Assembly (NCBI RefSeq): GCF_000981785.2
Contig: NZ_CP011304.1
Span: 1,830,001-1,862,000 of the forward strand
DNA from: Microcystis aeruginosa NIES-2549
Lineage (GTDB): Bacteria > Cyanobacteriota > Cyanobacteriia > Cyanobacteriales > Microcystaceae
Length of the DNA stretch: 32,000 nt
Direction: 5' to 3'
In this document: positions 9,255 through 17,398 of the stretch, piece after piece
Position numbering within the stretch: the stretch's first letter is position 1
Layout of the letters: each line of letters opens with the position of its first letter
Notes under the pieces: generated by a model
Seen by the model: only the letters and a program-made list of their open reading frames with translations
Told to the model about the DNA's origin: nothing
Databases searched by the model: none
Translations under genes and position numbers: made by a program

Positions 9255-9374
9255 ATGGACTGGAGAGTGTTAATCGTTTTAACCCCTTTGCTTATTGCTG
9301 GTGGCTGGGCTGTCTTCAATATCGGCGCTGCCGCTATTAGACAAGCTCAACAGTTTCTCAGCAAACAAAGTTAA
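9255..9374 (+). CDS. psbY: Photosystem II protein Y (39 aa), missed by the ORF track
   Basis: ATG 9255, preceded by GGAGAAGGA, translates to [39 protein letters not shown]. The MDWRV...GWA..NI pattern matches cyanobacterial PsbY as I recall it. The track's antisense ORF 9125..9319 is spurious. Confidence 0.88.
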   Translation: MDWRVLIVLTPLLIAGGWAVFNIGAAAIRQAQQFLSKQS

Positions 9375-9396
9375 TAAAAGTTTATAATTCTTAGTA

Positions 9397-9430
9397 AAAC
9401 CGACCGCCTAGGCGATCGGTTTTTAATTTT
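9397..9430 (+). terminator. Rho-independent terminator after psbY
   Basis: AAACCGACCGCC TAG GCGATCGGTTT stem followed by TTTTAATTTTT. Confidence 0.75.
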
Positions 9431-9438
9431 TCCTTTTT

Positions 9439-9457
9439 GAATTATGAATTATGAATT
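9439..9457 (+). repeat. Heptanucleotide repeat (GAATTAT) x2.7
   Basis: The string gaattatgaattatgaatt is read directly. Confidence 0.85.
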
Positions 9458-9487
9458 GGGGTATGGGGAGAACAAATAAAAATAATC

Positions 9488-9529
9488 TCCTGACTCCTGA
9501 ATCCTGTCTCCTGAATCCTGACTCCTAAC
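9488..9529 (+). repeat. Heptanucleotide repeat (TCCTGAM) x6
   Basis: The string tcctgac tcctgaa tcctgtc tcctgaa tcctgac tcctaac is read directly. Confidence 0.9.
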
Positions 9530-9566
9530 CCCACCAATACACTTTTTCAGCAAACCCTACCTAACC

Positions 9567-10901
9567 ATGAAATCTAACTGTCAAAATCTCATTGAAGAAC
9601 TTTCCCATCTGGAAATTATCACCGATCCGGGGCAAGTGGCGAAACTTTCCTTAGATTATTATCATTTTAGTCCCATTTTAGAAGCACAACTGCAAGATAA
9701 ACGGGCTGATTTAGTCATTCGTCCCCACAATAGCCAAGAAGTTATTGACATCGCTAAAACCTGCGTTAAATACCAAATTCCTTTAACAGTTAGAGGTGCG
9801 GGGACAGGTAATTATGGTCAATGTGTTCCCTTACGGGGAGGAGTAATTTTAGACACAACCAAACTAACAAAAATTATCTCGATCGAACCGGGTACAGCAC
9901 GGGTAGAAGCGGGGGTAAAAATGGCATTTTTTGATAAACAAGCTCGCGCAATTGGGTGGGAATTAAGAATGGCTCCCTCTACCTATCGGACGGCGACAAT
10001 TGGCGGTTTTATCGGGGGTGGCAGTGTGGGCATGGGTTCAATTAATTATGGACAATTGAAGGATAGAGGCAATCTGCAAGCAGTGCAATTAGTCACCCTA
10101 GAAGCGGAACCAAAAATTATCGAACTACGGGGGGATGAGGTAGAAAAAGTCAATCATGCCTACGGAACAAATGGCATTATTACCGAGTTAGAAATAGCCC
10201 TCGCTCCCTGTTATCCTTGGGCAGAATTTATCGTTACTTTTGCCGATTTTATCACCGCCGCTAAATTCGGTCAAGCTCTCAGTGATAGTGATGGCATTGT
10301 CAAGAAAATGGTTAGTGTTCACTCTTGGCCAATTCCTGCTTATTTTACTGCTCTTAAGGATTATTTACCCACGGGAAAAGCGGCAGTTTTGTTAATAGTA
10401 TCGGACAGCGATCGAGTCGCATTAGAATCTTTAATTAAAGAATATAATGGTGAACTTACCTACTATAAAACGCCAGAAGAAACTCAAAAAGGCAACAGTA
10501 TCTTAGAATTTACTTGGAATCATACCACTCTCCATGCGCGTAGTTTTAACCCCAAGATAACTTATCTACAAGCTTTTTATTTTAATCTAGCCACGGTAGA
10601 GAAACTCTATAATTATTTTGGGGAGGAAATAATGATGCACCTAGAATTTTTGAGATTTCAAGGTAAAGTTATTCCCGCCGGTCTTCCCTTGCTAGAATTT
10701 ACCACAGAAACTCGATTAAATGAGATTATTGCTATCTATGAACAACAGGGGGCAGCTATTGCCAATCCTCACACTTATATCATGGAAGATGGCGGCAGCA
10801 GACAGATTAATCCGCTACAACTAGAATTTAAACAACTCGTCGATCCCTACGGATTGAACAATCCGGGTAAAATGCGAGCATGGGTTGAAGCAAGGGGGTA
10901 G
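9567..10901 (+). CDS. FAD-binding (PCMH-type, FAD_binding_4-like) oxidoreductase
   Basis: RPHNSQEVIDIAKTCVKYQIPLTVRGAGTGNYGQ and the following GGVILDTTKL are typical of the FAD-linked oxidase N-terminal domain; 444 aa. Confidence 0.8.
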   Translation: MKSNCQNLIEELSHLEIITDPGQVAKLSLDYYHFSPILEAQLQDKRADLVIRPHNSQEVIDIAKTCVKYQIPLTVRGAGTGNYGQCVPLRGGVILDTTKLTKIISIEPGTARVEAGVKMAFFDKQARAIGWELRMAPSTYRTATIGGFIGGGSVGMGSINYGQLKDRGNLQAVQLVTLEAEPKIIELRGDEVEKVNHAYGTNGIITELEIALAPCYPWAEFIVTFADFITAAKFGQALSDSDGIVKKMVSVHSWPIPAYFTALKDYLPTGKAAVLLIVSDSDRVALESLIKEYNGELTYYKTPEETQKGNSILEFTWNHTTLHARSFNPKITYLQAFYFNLATVEKLYNYFGEEIMMHLEFLRFQGKVIPAGLPLLEFTTETRLNEIIAIYEQQGAAIANPHTYIMEDGGSRQINPLQLEFKQLVDPYGLNNPGKMRAWVEARG

Positions 10902-10941
10902 GGGTTCGATTCAGGCTAAATTAAACAAGATAGTTCACCGC

Positions 10942-11097
10942 GGCTCTCTTGGATTTGGTGGGTAAAATGTATTCTAAGATATAATCCTCCTAGAGAGGGG
11001 GTGGAACGAACCACAAAGACACAAAGGACACAAAGATCAATCAATCATATTGTAAGTTAAACTTATCACACACAACCTAGAAGAGCCTCACCGCTAC
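10942..11097 (-). mobile_element. MITE family A, copy 2 (complete)
   Basis: Terminal inverted repeats GGCTCTCTTGG (left) and CCTAGAAGAGCC (right). It is flanked by the 7-bp direct repeat TCACCGC (10935-10941 and 11098-11104). Confidence 0.85.
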
Positions 11098-11217
11098 TAC
11101 CGAATCACTAACCGGAAAGAAGGGAGTGGGGAAAACAAAACTCCCCGCTGCCCCCTGCCTATTCCCAGACTTACCCCGATCCGATACAATTAAACGGTTG
11201 TCTTGGAATAATTAATA

Positions 11218-12513
11218 GTGATCGAGCGTTATACTCTCCCTGCGATGGGGAATTTGTGGACGGATAGATATAAATATCAAACATGGCTAGAGGTAGAGAT
11301 AGCCGTCTGTGAAGCGCAGGCAGAATTAGGCTATATTCCCGCGGATGCAGTGGAAGAAATTAAGGCAAAAGCTAATTTTGATCCCGATCGCATTTTAGAA
11401 ATAGAAGCAGAAGTGCGCCACGATGTCATCGCCTTTTTAACAAATGTTAACGAATATGTGGGCGAGCCGGGGCGTTATATTCATTTGGGTTTAACCAGTT
11501 CTGATGTACTAGATACCGCCCTGTCCTTACAATTAGTCGCCAGTTTAAACCTGATTTTAGAACAATTAGAAGATTTTATTCAAGCCCTGCGTTATCGCGC
11601 CCAAGAACACCGTTATACAGTCATGGTGGGACGTTCCCACGGCATTCACGCCGAACCGATCACCTTTGGCTTTAAACTAGCGGGATGGTTAGCGGAAGTG
11701 CTGCGAGGACGCGATCGTTTAATTCGCTTGCGCCAAGACATCGCCATCGGTAAAATATCCGGTGCAGTGGGAACATATTCCAATATTGATCCCAAAATTG
11801 AGGCGTTAACCTGTCAGAAGTTAGGATTAGAACCGGATACCGCTTCCACTCAAGTGATCTCCCGCGATCGACACGCCGATTATGTGCAACAATTAGCTTT
11901 ATTGGCGGCTTCGATCGAACGTTTTGCCGTGGAGATTCGCAACCTGCAAAGAACCGATGTCCTAGAAGTGGAAGAATACTTTTCCAAAGGACAAAAAGGC
12001 TCCTCCGCTATGCCCCATAAACGTAATCCCATCCGTTCAGAACGCTTAACGGGAATGGCGAGAATTATCCGTAGTCATAGCGTTTCCGCTTTAGAAAATA
12101 TCGCCCTCTGGCACGAAAGAGATATTTCCCATAGTTCCGTAGAACGGGTGATGCTGCCGGATGTTTGCATTTTAACCCACTTTATGCTCAAGGAAATCAC
12201 CGATTTAGTCAAAAATCTGCTGGTGTATCCCGAAAACATGAAGCGAAATATGAATGTTTACGGTGGCGTGATTTTCAGTCAAAGAGTTCTTTTAACTTTG
12301 GTGAGTAAGGGAATTAGCCGGGAATCTGCCTATAAAATCGTCCAAGAAAACGCCCATCGCGCTTGGAACACCGATAACGGCAATTTTAAAGCTTTTATCA
12401 GTCAAGATGAACGAGTTACCGGCATTTTATCCCCCGACGAGATCGAAAGTTGCTTTGATCCCCAGCAGCACCTAAATCATCTTAATAGCATCTACCAAAG
12501 GTTAGATATTTAG
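11218..12513 (+). CDS. purB: Adenylosuccinate lyase
   Basis: GTG start; MIERYTLPAMGNLWTD..., GLTSSDVLDT, SSAMPHKRNP signature; 431 aa. Confidence 0.97.
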   Translation: MIERYTLPAMGNLWTDRYKYQTWLEVEIAVCEAQAELGYIPADAVEEIKAKANFDPDRILEIEAEVRHDVIAFLTNVNEYVGEPGRYIHLGLTSSDVLDTALSLQLVASLNLILEQLEDFIQALRYRAQEHRYTVMVGRSHGIHAEPITFGFKLAGWLAEVLRGRDRLIRLRQDIAIGKISGAVGTYSNIDPKIEALTCQKLGLEPDTASTQVISRDRHADYVQQLALLAASIERFAVEIRNLQRTDVLEVEEYFSKGQKGSSAMPHKRNPIRSERLTGMARIIRSHSVSALENIALWHERDISHSSVERVMLPDVCILTHFMLKEITDLVKNLLVYPENMKRNMNVYGGVIFSQRVLLTLVSKGISRESAYKIVQENAHRAWNTDNGNFKAFISQDERVTGILSPDEIESCFDPQQHLNHLNSIYQRLDI

Positions 12514-12585
12514 GGAGCTTTCAGTTATCAGCTATCGGCCACGTTTTTGAGATCGGCAATTTGAAACCTTGGGAGTAACAATGTC

Positions 12586-12918
12586 ATGACCATTACTGCG
12601 AGCGACCTACCGATGGAAAAAATTGCCCAGTTTTGCGATCGCTGGCAAGTGACCGAATTCGCTCTATTCGGCTCCGTCCTGCGCGAAGACTTCCGCCCCG
12701 ACAGCGACATTGATGTTATGGTGGAATTTCATCCAGAGGCTCATCCCACATTCAGCACCCTAGACCAAATGGAAGCAGAGCTAAAAACCATTTTCCATCG
12801 AGATGTTGACCTGATTACCCGCCAAGGCATTGCCACCAGTCGCAACTACCTACGCCGTAATCAAATCCTTTCTTCGGCTCAAGTGATTTATGCAACGGGA
12901 TCCCCAATTCCTGCTTGA
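12586..12918 (+). CDS. MNT-type nucleotidyltransferase (antitoxin of MNT/HepT type VII TA pairs)
   Basis: LFGSVLREDFRPDSDIDVMVEF is the GS..R...DSDID nucleotidyltransferase motif; 110 aa. Confidence 0.85.
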   Translation: MTITASDLPMEKIAQFCDRWQVTEFALFGSVLREDFRPDSDIDVMVEFHPEAHPTFSTLDQMEAELKTIFHRDVDLITRQGIATSRNYLRRNQILSSAQVIYATGSPIPA

Positions 12919-13006
12919 TATGCTGCAATCCGCAGATTTTGTCAGGTGCGTTTCTTGCTGCGACGACAGGGAACGCACCTTACCGATTATCGAAAATTTG
13001 GGTTAA
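12890..13006 (+). pseudogene. hepT (DUF86) toxin remnant, with only about 15 N-terminal codons retained
   Basis: ATG 12890 overlaps the MNT 3' end, as in intact MNT-HepT operons. MQRDPQFLLDMLQSA resembles HepT N-termini. From 12935 the frame runs into hairpin repeat copy A and stops at 13004-13006. Confidence 0.5.
12935..12987 (+). repeat. Hairpin repeat family H, copy A
   Basis: GATTTTGTCAGGTGCGTTTCTTG CTGCGACGA CAGGGAACGCACC TTACCGAT. The two arm differences from copy B are C->T changes opposite G, so they remain G-U compatible. Confidence 0.85.
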
Positions 13007-13340
13007 AACCCCGTCCTTTTAGGACGGCTTTAAGCTAGAATAAAAAAGCGATAACCAAGCTAAAAACTGAACCTTGACAACAGATAGTAGGGGGTTTTGT
13101 TCAGAAAAGAATTCAAATTCGGCCTTGAACGAGTAAAACTTTCTAGGAAATAAGGTTGAACATTAGATTTTTTCGACTTGTTCAAAGTGGCCGGAGGGCA
13201 TTCGGACACTCAAAACGGACGTGGAGAAAGAGTCAGACTTAAGCAATTAAGCGTTTTTCGGTGAAGCGTCAACCCCATTCAGCGACCACCCTAAAAAAGT
13301 GGCGTGGTGAGGAATCGCCGTCCGTTTTACGGCGGCGAGG

Positions 13341-14036
13341 ATGTCAAGATACAATCGCGGCATATACTTCTCGCTTGCGACAACCGCGATGAATGTTTTC
13401 TGGCGCTATTTCCCCTTGGCATTTGTTGTTATGCTTTCTAATGGTTTCACCCCACACGCGATGAATGTTTTCTGGCGCTATTTCCCCTTGGCATTTGTTG
13501 TTATGCTTTCTAATGGTTTCACCCCACAACAAGGGCGAACGGAATCACCCAAAGTTACCTGTCAAATAGAAAGCTATCCCTCCACAAAGCAAAAAGTTCC
13601 CACGACAATGATCCAGAACGGAACGGGAAATTTAGTACCATTTATTTATTGGGTAGAGGAAGTTGCGGGGGAAAAGCCACTAGAGCGGTGCAAGGAAGTT
13701 TCTGAGATTATTCAAGCAAGATATGACGATAAAACCTGGAGTCGTTCTTTTTTACGGACGGGAAAATCGAGTGATAATTATCCGATCATTTGTTTTGTCA
13801 AGGAACCCAAAGATAAAGCTTGCGATACCGAAAGAGAACTTATCGTTAAATTAAAGCGAGGGGAAAACGCGGAAAGAGTTTTAGATAAGATGTTAGCCCT
13901 TCGCTATCGGTTAATAAGAAGAAACTTTCTTACATTCACGGATAATTTTATTTTTTATTCTGGGGGAGCCAACCTTTATATTGATGTTGATAAGTTTCTC
14001 GAAGAAGTGGAGCGATCAAGGACTGAAAGACAATGA
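13341..14036 (+). CDS. COP23-domain (circadian oscillating protein 23-like) protein; start codon uncertain
   Basis: FIYW, PLERCKEVSEIIQARYD, NYPIICF, ACD..RELIVKLKRGENAERVLDKML fit the COP23 pattern as I recall it. The 5' end contains a 72-bp tandem duplication providing alternative ATGs at 13389 and 13461. Confidence 0.65.
   Translation: MSRYNRGIYFSLATTAMNVFWRYFPLAFVVMLSNGFTPHAMNVFWRYFPLAFVVMLSNGFTPQQGRTESPKVTCQIESYPSTKQKVPTTMIQNGTGNLVPFIYWVEEVAGEKPLERCKEVSEIIQARYDDKTWSRSFLRTGKSSDNYPIICFVKEPKDKACDTERELIVKLKRGENAERVLDKMLALRYRLIRRNFLTFTDNFIFYSGGANLYIDVDKFLEEVERSRTERQ
13386..13529 (+). repeat. Tandem duplication, 2 x 72 bp (71/72 identical)
   Basis: Units 13386-13457 and 13458-13529 differ only at the last base. 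The duplication is in frame (24 codons, AMNVFWRYFPLAFVVMLSNGFTPH/Q twice). Confidence 0.95.
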
Positions 14037-15480
14037 TAAAAAGATGGTTCGCTTGGTTGGGTATTGTCTCGATATTGATACCTTTTCCTGTGGCAATCGC
14101 TCAGTTGGATCAATCACAATTAAAGGAGATTACCGTCAGAATTGATGTAGAAGGAAGCTATAAAGAGGATGGGGGTTCTGGGGTAATCGTTCGCCAGCAA
14201 GGACAATTCTACACGATTCTAACAGCATATCATGTGGTGCAAGAAAAGAGAAACTATAAAGTTTTAATTTTTAATCCTTCTAATCGGCAAATAATCGGTA
14301 GCCACATCATTAATGAGAAAAATATGGTTCTTCGGTTTGTGTTATGCGATGGATGGGGTTACAAGGGATGAAAACCTTATATAGAAAGACATTCGGAGAT
14401 TTATGTCAATTGTTTTCGATCTAGAACTAACTAATCAATTAAGTCTCTTGCCAGATAAGGATTTGGTCGATTTATGCCCCCCGATCAAACCATACCAAGT
14501 AACGAAGAACCAAAAATATTAAGCAAATTGACGATTACGATCTAGCGGAGATTACCATACAAAGTTCTGCTAAATATCGAACGGCGAATATAGGAGATAG
14601 CCAGCAATTACAACCCACCGATGATTTAACCGTTTCTGGCTATCCGCTTCCTTCCTCTCTGATTACAGAAAGGCTATCTACTTCCACCCTTAGACTGGGT
14701 AAATTTACTGATAGATTACCTCCTGATGCGCTACTAAAAAGACAAAAGGGGGCAACGCTGAAGATAGATGTAACAACGGAAGTCGGAATGAGTGGCGGCG
14801 CGGTTGTTAATAAAAATGGTGAATTAGTCGGAATATTAGTCGAAGCAGATAAAGACGCTTCTGGGAATAAATCATCATCTTTAGCGATTCCTATTAATTT
14901 ATATCCTCAGTGGCAAGCGATTCGGAATTCTCAAAGATTATCTTCCCCTCTTCCCTCTCCCAATCAAACTTTGGAGCAATTACTAGCAGCTAAAAAATGG
15001 GGACAAGCGAATGATAAAACTTGGGAGATTTTACTAAGTAAAGGCGATTCAGATAAGTCAGGCGATTTAGATAGCAATGAATTGCTATCTTTAAACTGTA
15101 AAACTCTAGCAGATCTAGATCTAGCGTGGCGTAAAGCATCTAATGGAAGATATGGATTTCGGTTACAAAGAAGCATTTATAATAAGTATCATTATACTTT
15201 GCCGCCTAGAGAGTCTCGGCTTTATCTTTATACAGAATTCGCTAAAGAGCTAGGTTGGTTTAACGATATTCAACAAGTATCAACTCTCTCAATTTCAAGT
15301 TTATACAATCAAAAAAATCCCAATCTCGGCTTTTACCCAATTTGGTTTGTTGACCGAGGACAATTAGGACAGTATCCTTTTGGTTTACCTTCCGATGATA
15401 ATCTATTGCGCGATCCTGGTTCAATTTGGGAAAGTAGGGGAACGATCTTGAGCGATATGTTAAAACGATGTTCGATATAA
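14033..15480 (+). pseudogene. Trypsin-like serine protease with a C-terminal GUN4-like domain, interrupted by a MITE
   Basis: Catalytic His (GSGVIV...YTILTAYHVV) lies in 14033..14371; Asp (DLAEI) and Ser (GMSGGAVV) lie downstream of the insert. The C-terminus (KKWGQANDKTWEIL...LNCKTLADLDLAWRKASNGRYGFRLQRSIY) fits the GUN4 pattern. Removing 14326-14519 gives one uninterrupted 1254-nt ORF (417 aa). ATG 14033 overlaps the COP23 stop (ATGA). Confidence 0.8.
14326..14511. mobile_element. MITE family B (186 bp) inserted in the protease gene
   Basis: Ends are GGTTCTTCG... and ...CGAAGAACC (imperfect roughly 30-bp inverted repeats). It is flanked by a perfect 8-bp direct repeat AAAAATAT (14318-14325 and 14512-14519). 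Confidence 0.85.
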
Positions 15481-15543
15481 TTTTTATCGCGGAAACCAGA
15501 TACAAAATCAATCAAAAACTGTAGATATAACTGAACAAACTTA

Positions 15544-16071
15544 TCAAGAAATTTTGACATTCGGAAATCTTAGAAAACTAGAATTGCCACGAATGTCAGT
15601 ATGTAATTCAAAAGTGTCAAATTCACGGATTTGAGAAGGAATATTATTAAACGTTAATGTTACCTTGACTGGAGCTCCCTGCGGAAACCTTGAGCTAATC
15701 CTCCCTTCTTCTTTGCGATTACCAATTTGAATTTGACTACAAAGGTAAAGATTTCCAAATGCGTCATACAATTTAGTGACATCCCGATCCTGACATAATA
15801 TAGTGATATTGGTATCTTCTTTACTTCTAATAACCACCGAACATTTTACAGAGGAGCCGGAACGAGTGCAACTTTGTAAGACTCCTGAAAAATACTTATT
15901 TTCGCTGAAAATAGGTTGTTGTGCCAGTAGTTGTGTGTCCCTACGGCTATTGATTCCGTCGTTGACTTGGCTTTCTCTTACCCCTGTCATTCTCTGAGAT
16001 GCCGACACGCTAACCCCCGAAACCAATAAAGCCAAAGCGAGTAAACCAAAAGCCGATGTTCTGTAAACCAT
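15544..16071 (-). CDS. Secreted hypothetical protein (signal peptide plus Cys-containing beta-rich domain)
   Basis: I start it at ATG 16071, 9 nt after GAGGAG, giving MVYRTSAFGLLALALLVSGVSVSASQ, a signal-peptide-like N-terminus. I recognise no family. Confidence 0.6.
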   Translation of the reverse strand: MVYRTSAFGLLALALLVSGVSVSASQRMTGVRESQVNDGINSRRDTQLLAQQPIFSENKYFSGVLQSCTRSGSSVKCSVVIRSKEDTNITILCQDRDVTKLYDAFGNLYLCSQIQIGNRKEEGRISSRFPQGAPVKVTLTFNNIPSQIREFDTFELHTDIRGNSSFLRFPNVKIS

Positions 16072-16197
16072 ATCAGGTGACTCCTCACACAATAAAGAAA
16101 ACCGAATCATGCTATTATAGCCGAGATCGTAGCACAGATCATTATATTTGAAGCATTGTCCAGTAAATCCTATTATTTTGATGATAATTTAATCAAT

Positions 16198-16506
16198 TTA
16201 TAGAGAAGAAATAGATTGATAGGGAATGATTTCTTCTAGCTTATTGCCTAGATTTTCTCTGGCTACATCCAATTCATAAGCCTTTTGTAAATTCATCCAC
16301 AATTCTGCACCAGTATTAAAGAAACGTCCTAATTTTAAAGCAATATCTCCCGTGGGATTCGCGTCTCCTTGTAGGATGTGATAGAGAGTTTCTGACGATA
16401 CATAAATTTTTTGGGCAAGCTGAGAGATAGTAAGATCAATTTCTTCTAATTCATCCGCGAGAATTTCACCGGGGTTAATGGAGCTTTTCCAATCATTCAT
16501 CATCAA
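16198..16506 (-). CDS. higA: HigA-family (XRE HTH) antitoxin
   Basis: INPGEILADELEE..LTISQLAQKIYVS..TLYHILQG....TGDIALKLGRFFNTGAELWMNLQKAYEL matches the HigA/VapI consensus; 102 aa. Confidence 0.85.
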   Translation of the reverse strand: MMMNDWKSSINPGEILADELEEIDLTISQLAQKIYVSSETLYHILQGDANPTGDIALKLGRFFNTGAELWMNLQKAYELDVARENLGNKLEEIIPYQSISSL

Positions 16507-16512
16507 CCTCCT

Positions 16513-16575
16513 TTAATGATAATCAACAATTTCAACATGACAGGGTTTCTGTGTCTTGACAGCGAAAACTTTTAA
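16513..16575 (-). pseudogene. higB toxin remnant (last 20 codons only)
   Basis: The minus-strand frame reads LKVFAVKTQKPCHVEIVDYH*, ending 6 nt before the higA ATG. ...V.IVDYH* is the typical C-terminus of HigB 'killer' proteins. The frame is closed by a stop at 16576-16578, next to the stop of the 271-aa gene. Confidence 0.45.
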
Positions 16576-16582
16576 TCATAGA

Positions 16583-17398
16583 CTATTTAGCTTCTTTAAC
16601 CGAATCTAACTCTAAAGAGTTGATTATCTCTCTCGCTTCCTTTTCATACTTATCAAAGTCTTGGGTACTGGCTTCATAACGAATCGTATATTGTTTTTTA
16701 CTGTATAAAAAACCAATATCTCTTCGTTTAATATTGTCTGCATCATAAACTAATTCATAGTTAGCTGAATTACCCTTGAATTGAAATTTTTTATTACCTA
16801 TAAAATAAGTATTGTTTTTGTTATCTATAGCAGTCATAGCTCTTTTCTGGTAAAATTTTTGCAAAGTAACATCGTTGTCATAAAGCTCTTCGACAATCAA
16901 GAGTATTTTAGGAGAATTGCTTTCATTACTAACAAAAGACTTGGGGATGATGGTAGCGTCAGGAACATCAGGAATTGCAACAGATTGACATCCAAGTTGT
17001 TGCCAATTCTGCGGGATTTGAACAGTGATCCCCTCGCAAGAGAAGGAAAGAGGTTTTGGGAATAACATAGTTAGCCAAAGTTGAACCTTATCGGGATTAG
17101 TGATAAAAGTAACCATAACCGAACCCAATACAGCTATCGGTAAATTTTTTTGCCCGAATTCCATTAGCCATGAAAGGATCGTGTTTTTTTTCTCTGGTTT
17201 GCTAGAATTTACAGAGGGCTGTTCGGATGGATGACTTTTTTTCTGATTGTTTGTCCAGAAAGGTAATAGTTGACCGATCCTTGTAATGATCGATTGTTTT
17301 GATTTTGTCTCTGGTTTGGTAGAATTTACAGAGGGCTGTTCGGATGGATGACTTTTTTTCTGATTGTTTTTCCTAGAAAAGGGTAGTTTAGGGATCAT
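16583..17398 (-). CDS. Hypothetical membrane-anchored protein with a duplicated N-terminal segment
   Basis: 271 aa. NNQKKSHPSEQPSVNS(T/S)KPE occurs twice, followed by a TM helix (LPIAVLGSVMVTFI). The roughly 170-aa C-terminal domain vaguely resembles PsbP/DcrB-like folds; this is a weak impression only. Confidence 0.55.
   Translation of the reverse strand: MIPKLPFSRKNNQKKSHPSEQPSVNSTKPETKSKQSIITRIGQLLPFWTNNQKKSHPSEQPSVNSSKPEKKNTILSWLMEFGQKNLPIAVLGSVMVTFITNPDKVQLWLTMLFPKPLSFSCEGITVQIPQNWQQLGCQSVAIPDVPDATIIPKSFVSNESNSPKILLIVEELYDNDVTLQKFYQKRAMTAIDNKNNTYFIGNKKFQFKGNSANYELVYDADNIKRRDIGFLYSKKQYTIRYEASTQDFDKYEKEAREIINSLELDSVKEAK
17191..17382 (-). repeat. Direct repeat inside the 271-aa gene (about 73-75 bp units, 117-bp period)
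   Basis: 17191-17263 and 17308-17382 share TCTCTGGTTTG(C/G)TAGAATTTACAGAGGGCTGTTCGGATGGATGACTTTTTTTCTGATTGTTT. The period is 39 codons. Confidence 0.9.

Noticed and set aside
10896-10925. tRNA-like GGTTCGATTC motif right after the FAD-oxidase stop
   Set aside because: The flanks do not form a T-stem (GGGG is not matched by CCCC), and no acceptor or anticodon arms can be drawn.
13007-13340. Retron msr/msd or group II intron fragment upstream of the COP23-like gene
   Set aside because: There is no reverse transcriptase ORF nearby and I could not find a domain V/VI-like motif. It is kept only as an unexplained structured region.
14033-14371. Treating 14033..14371 and 14788..15480 as two independent genes
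   Set aside because: The first ORF ends inside the MITE and the second has no start of its own upstream of the catalytic Asp region. Removing the MITE joins them in frame into one protease.
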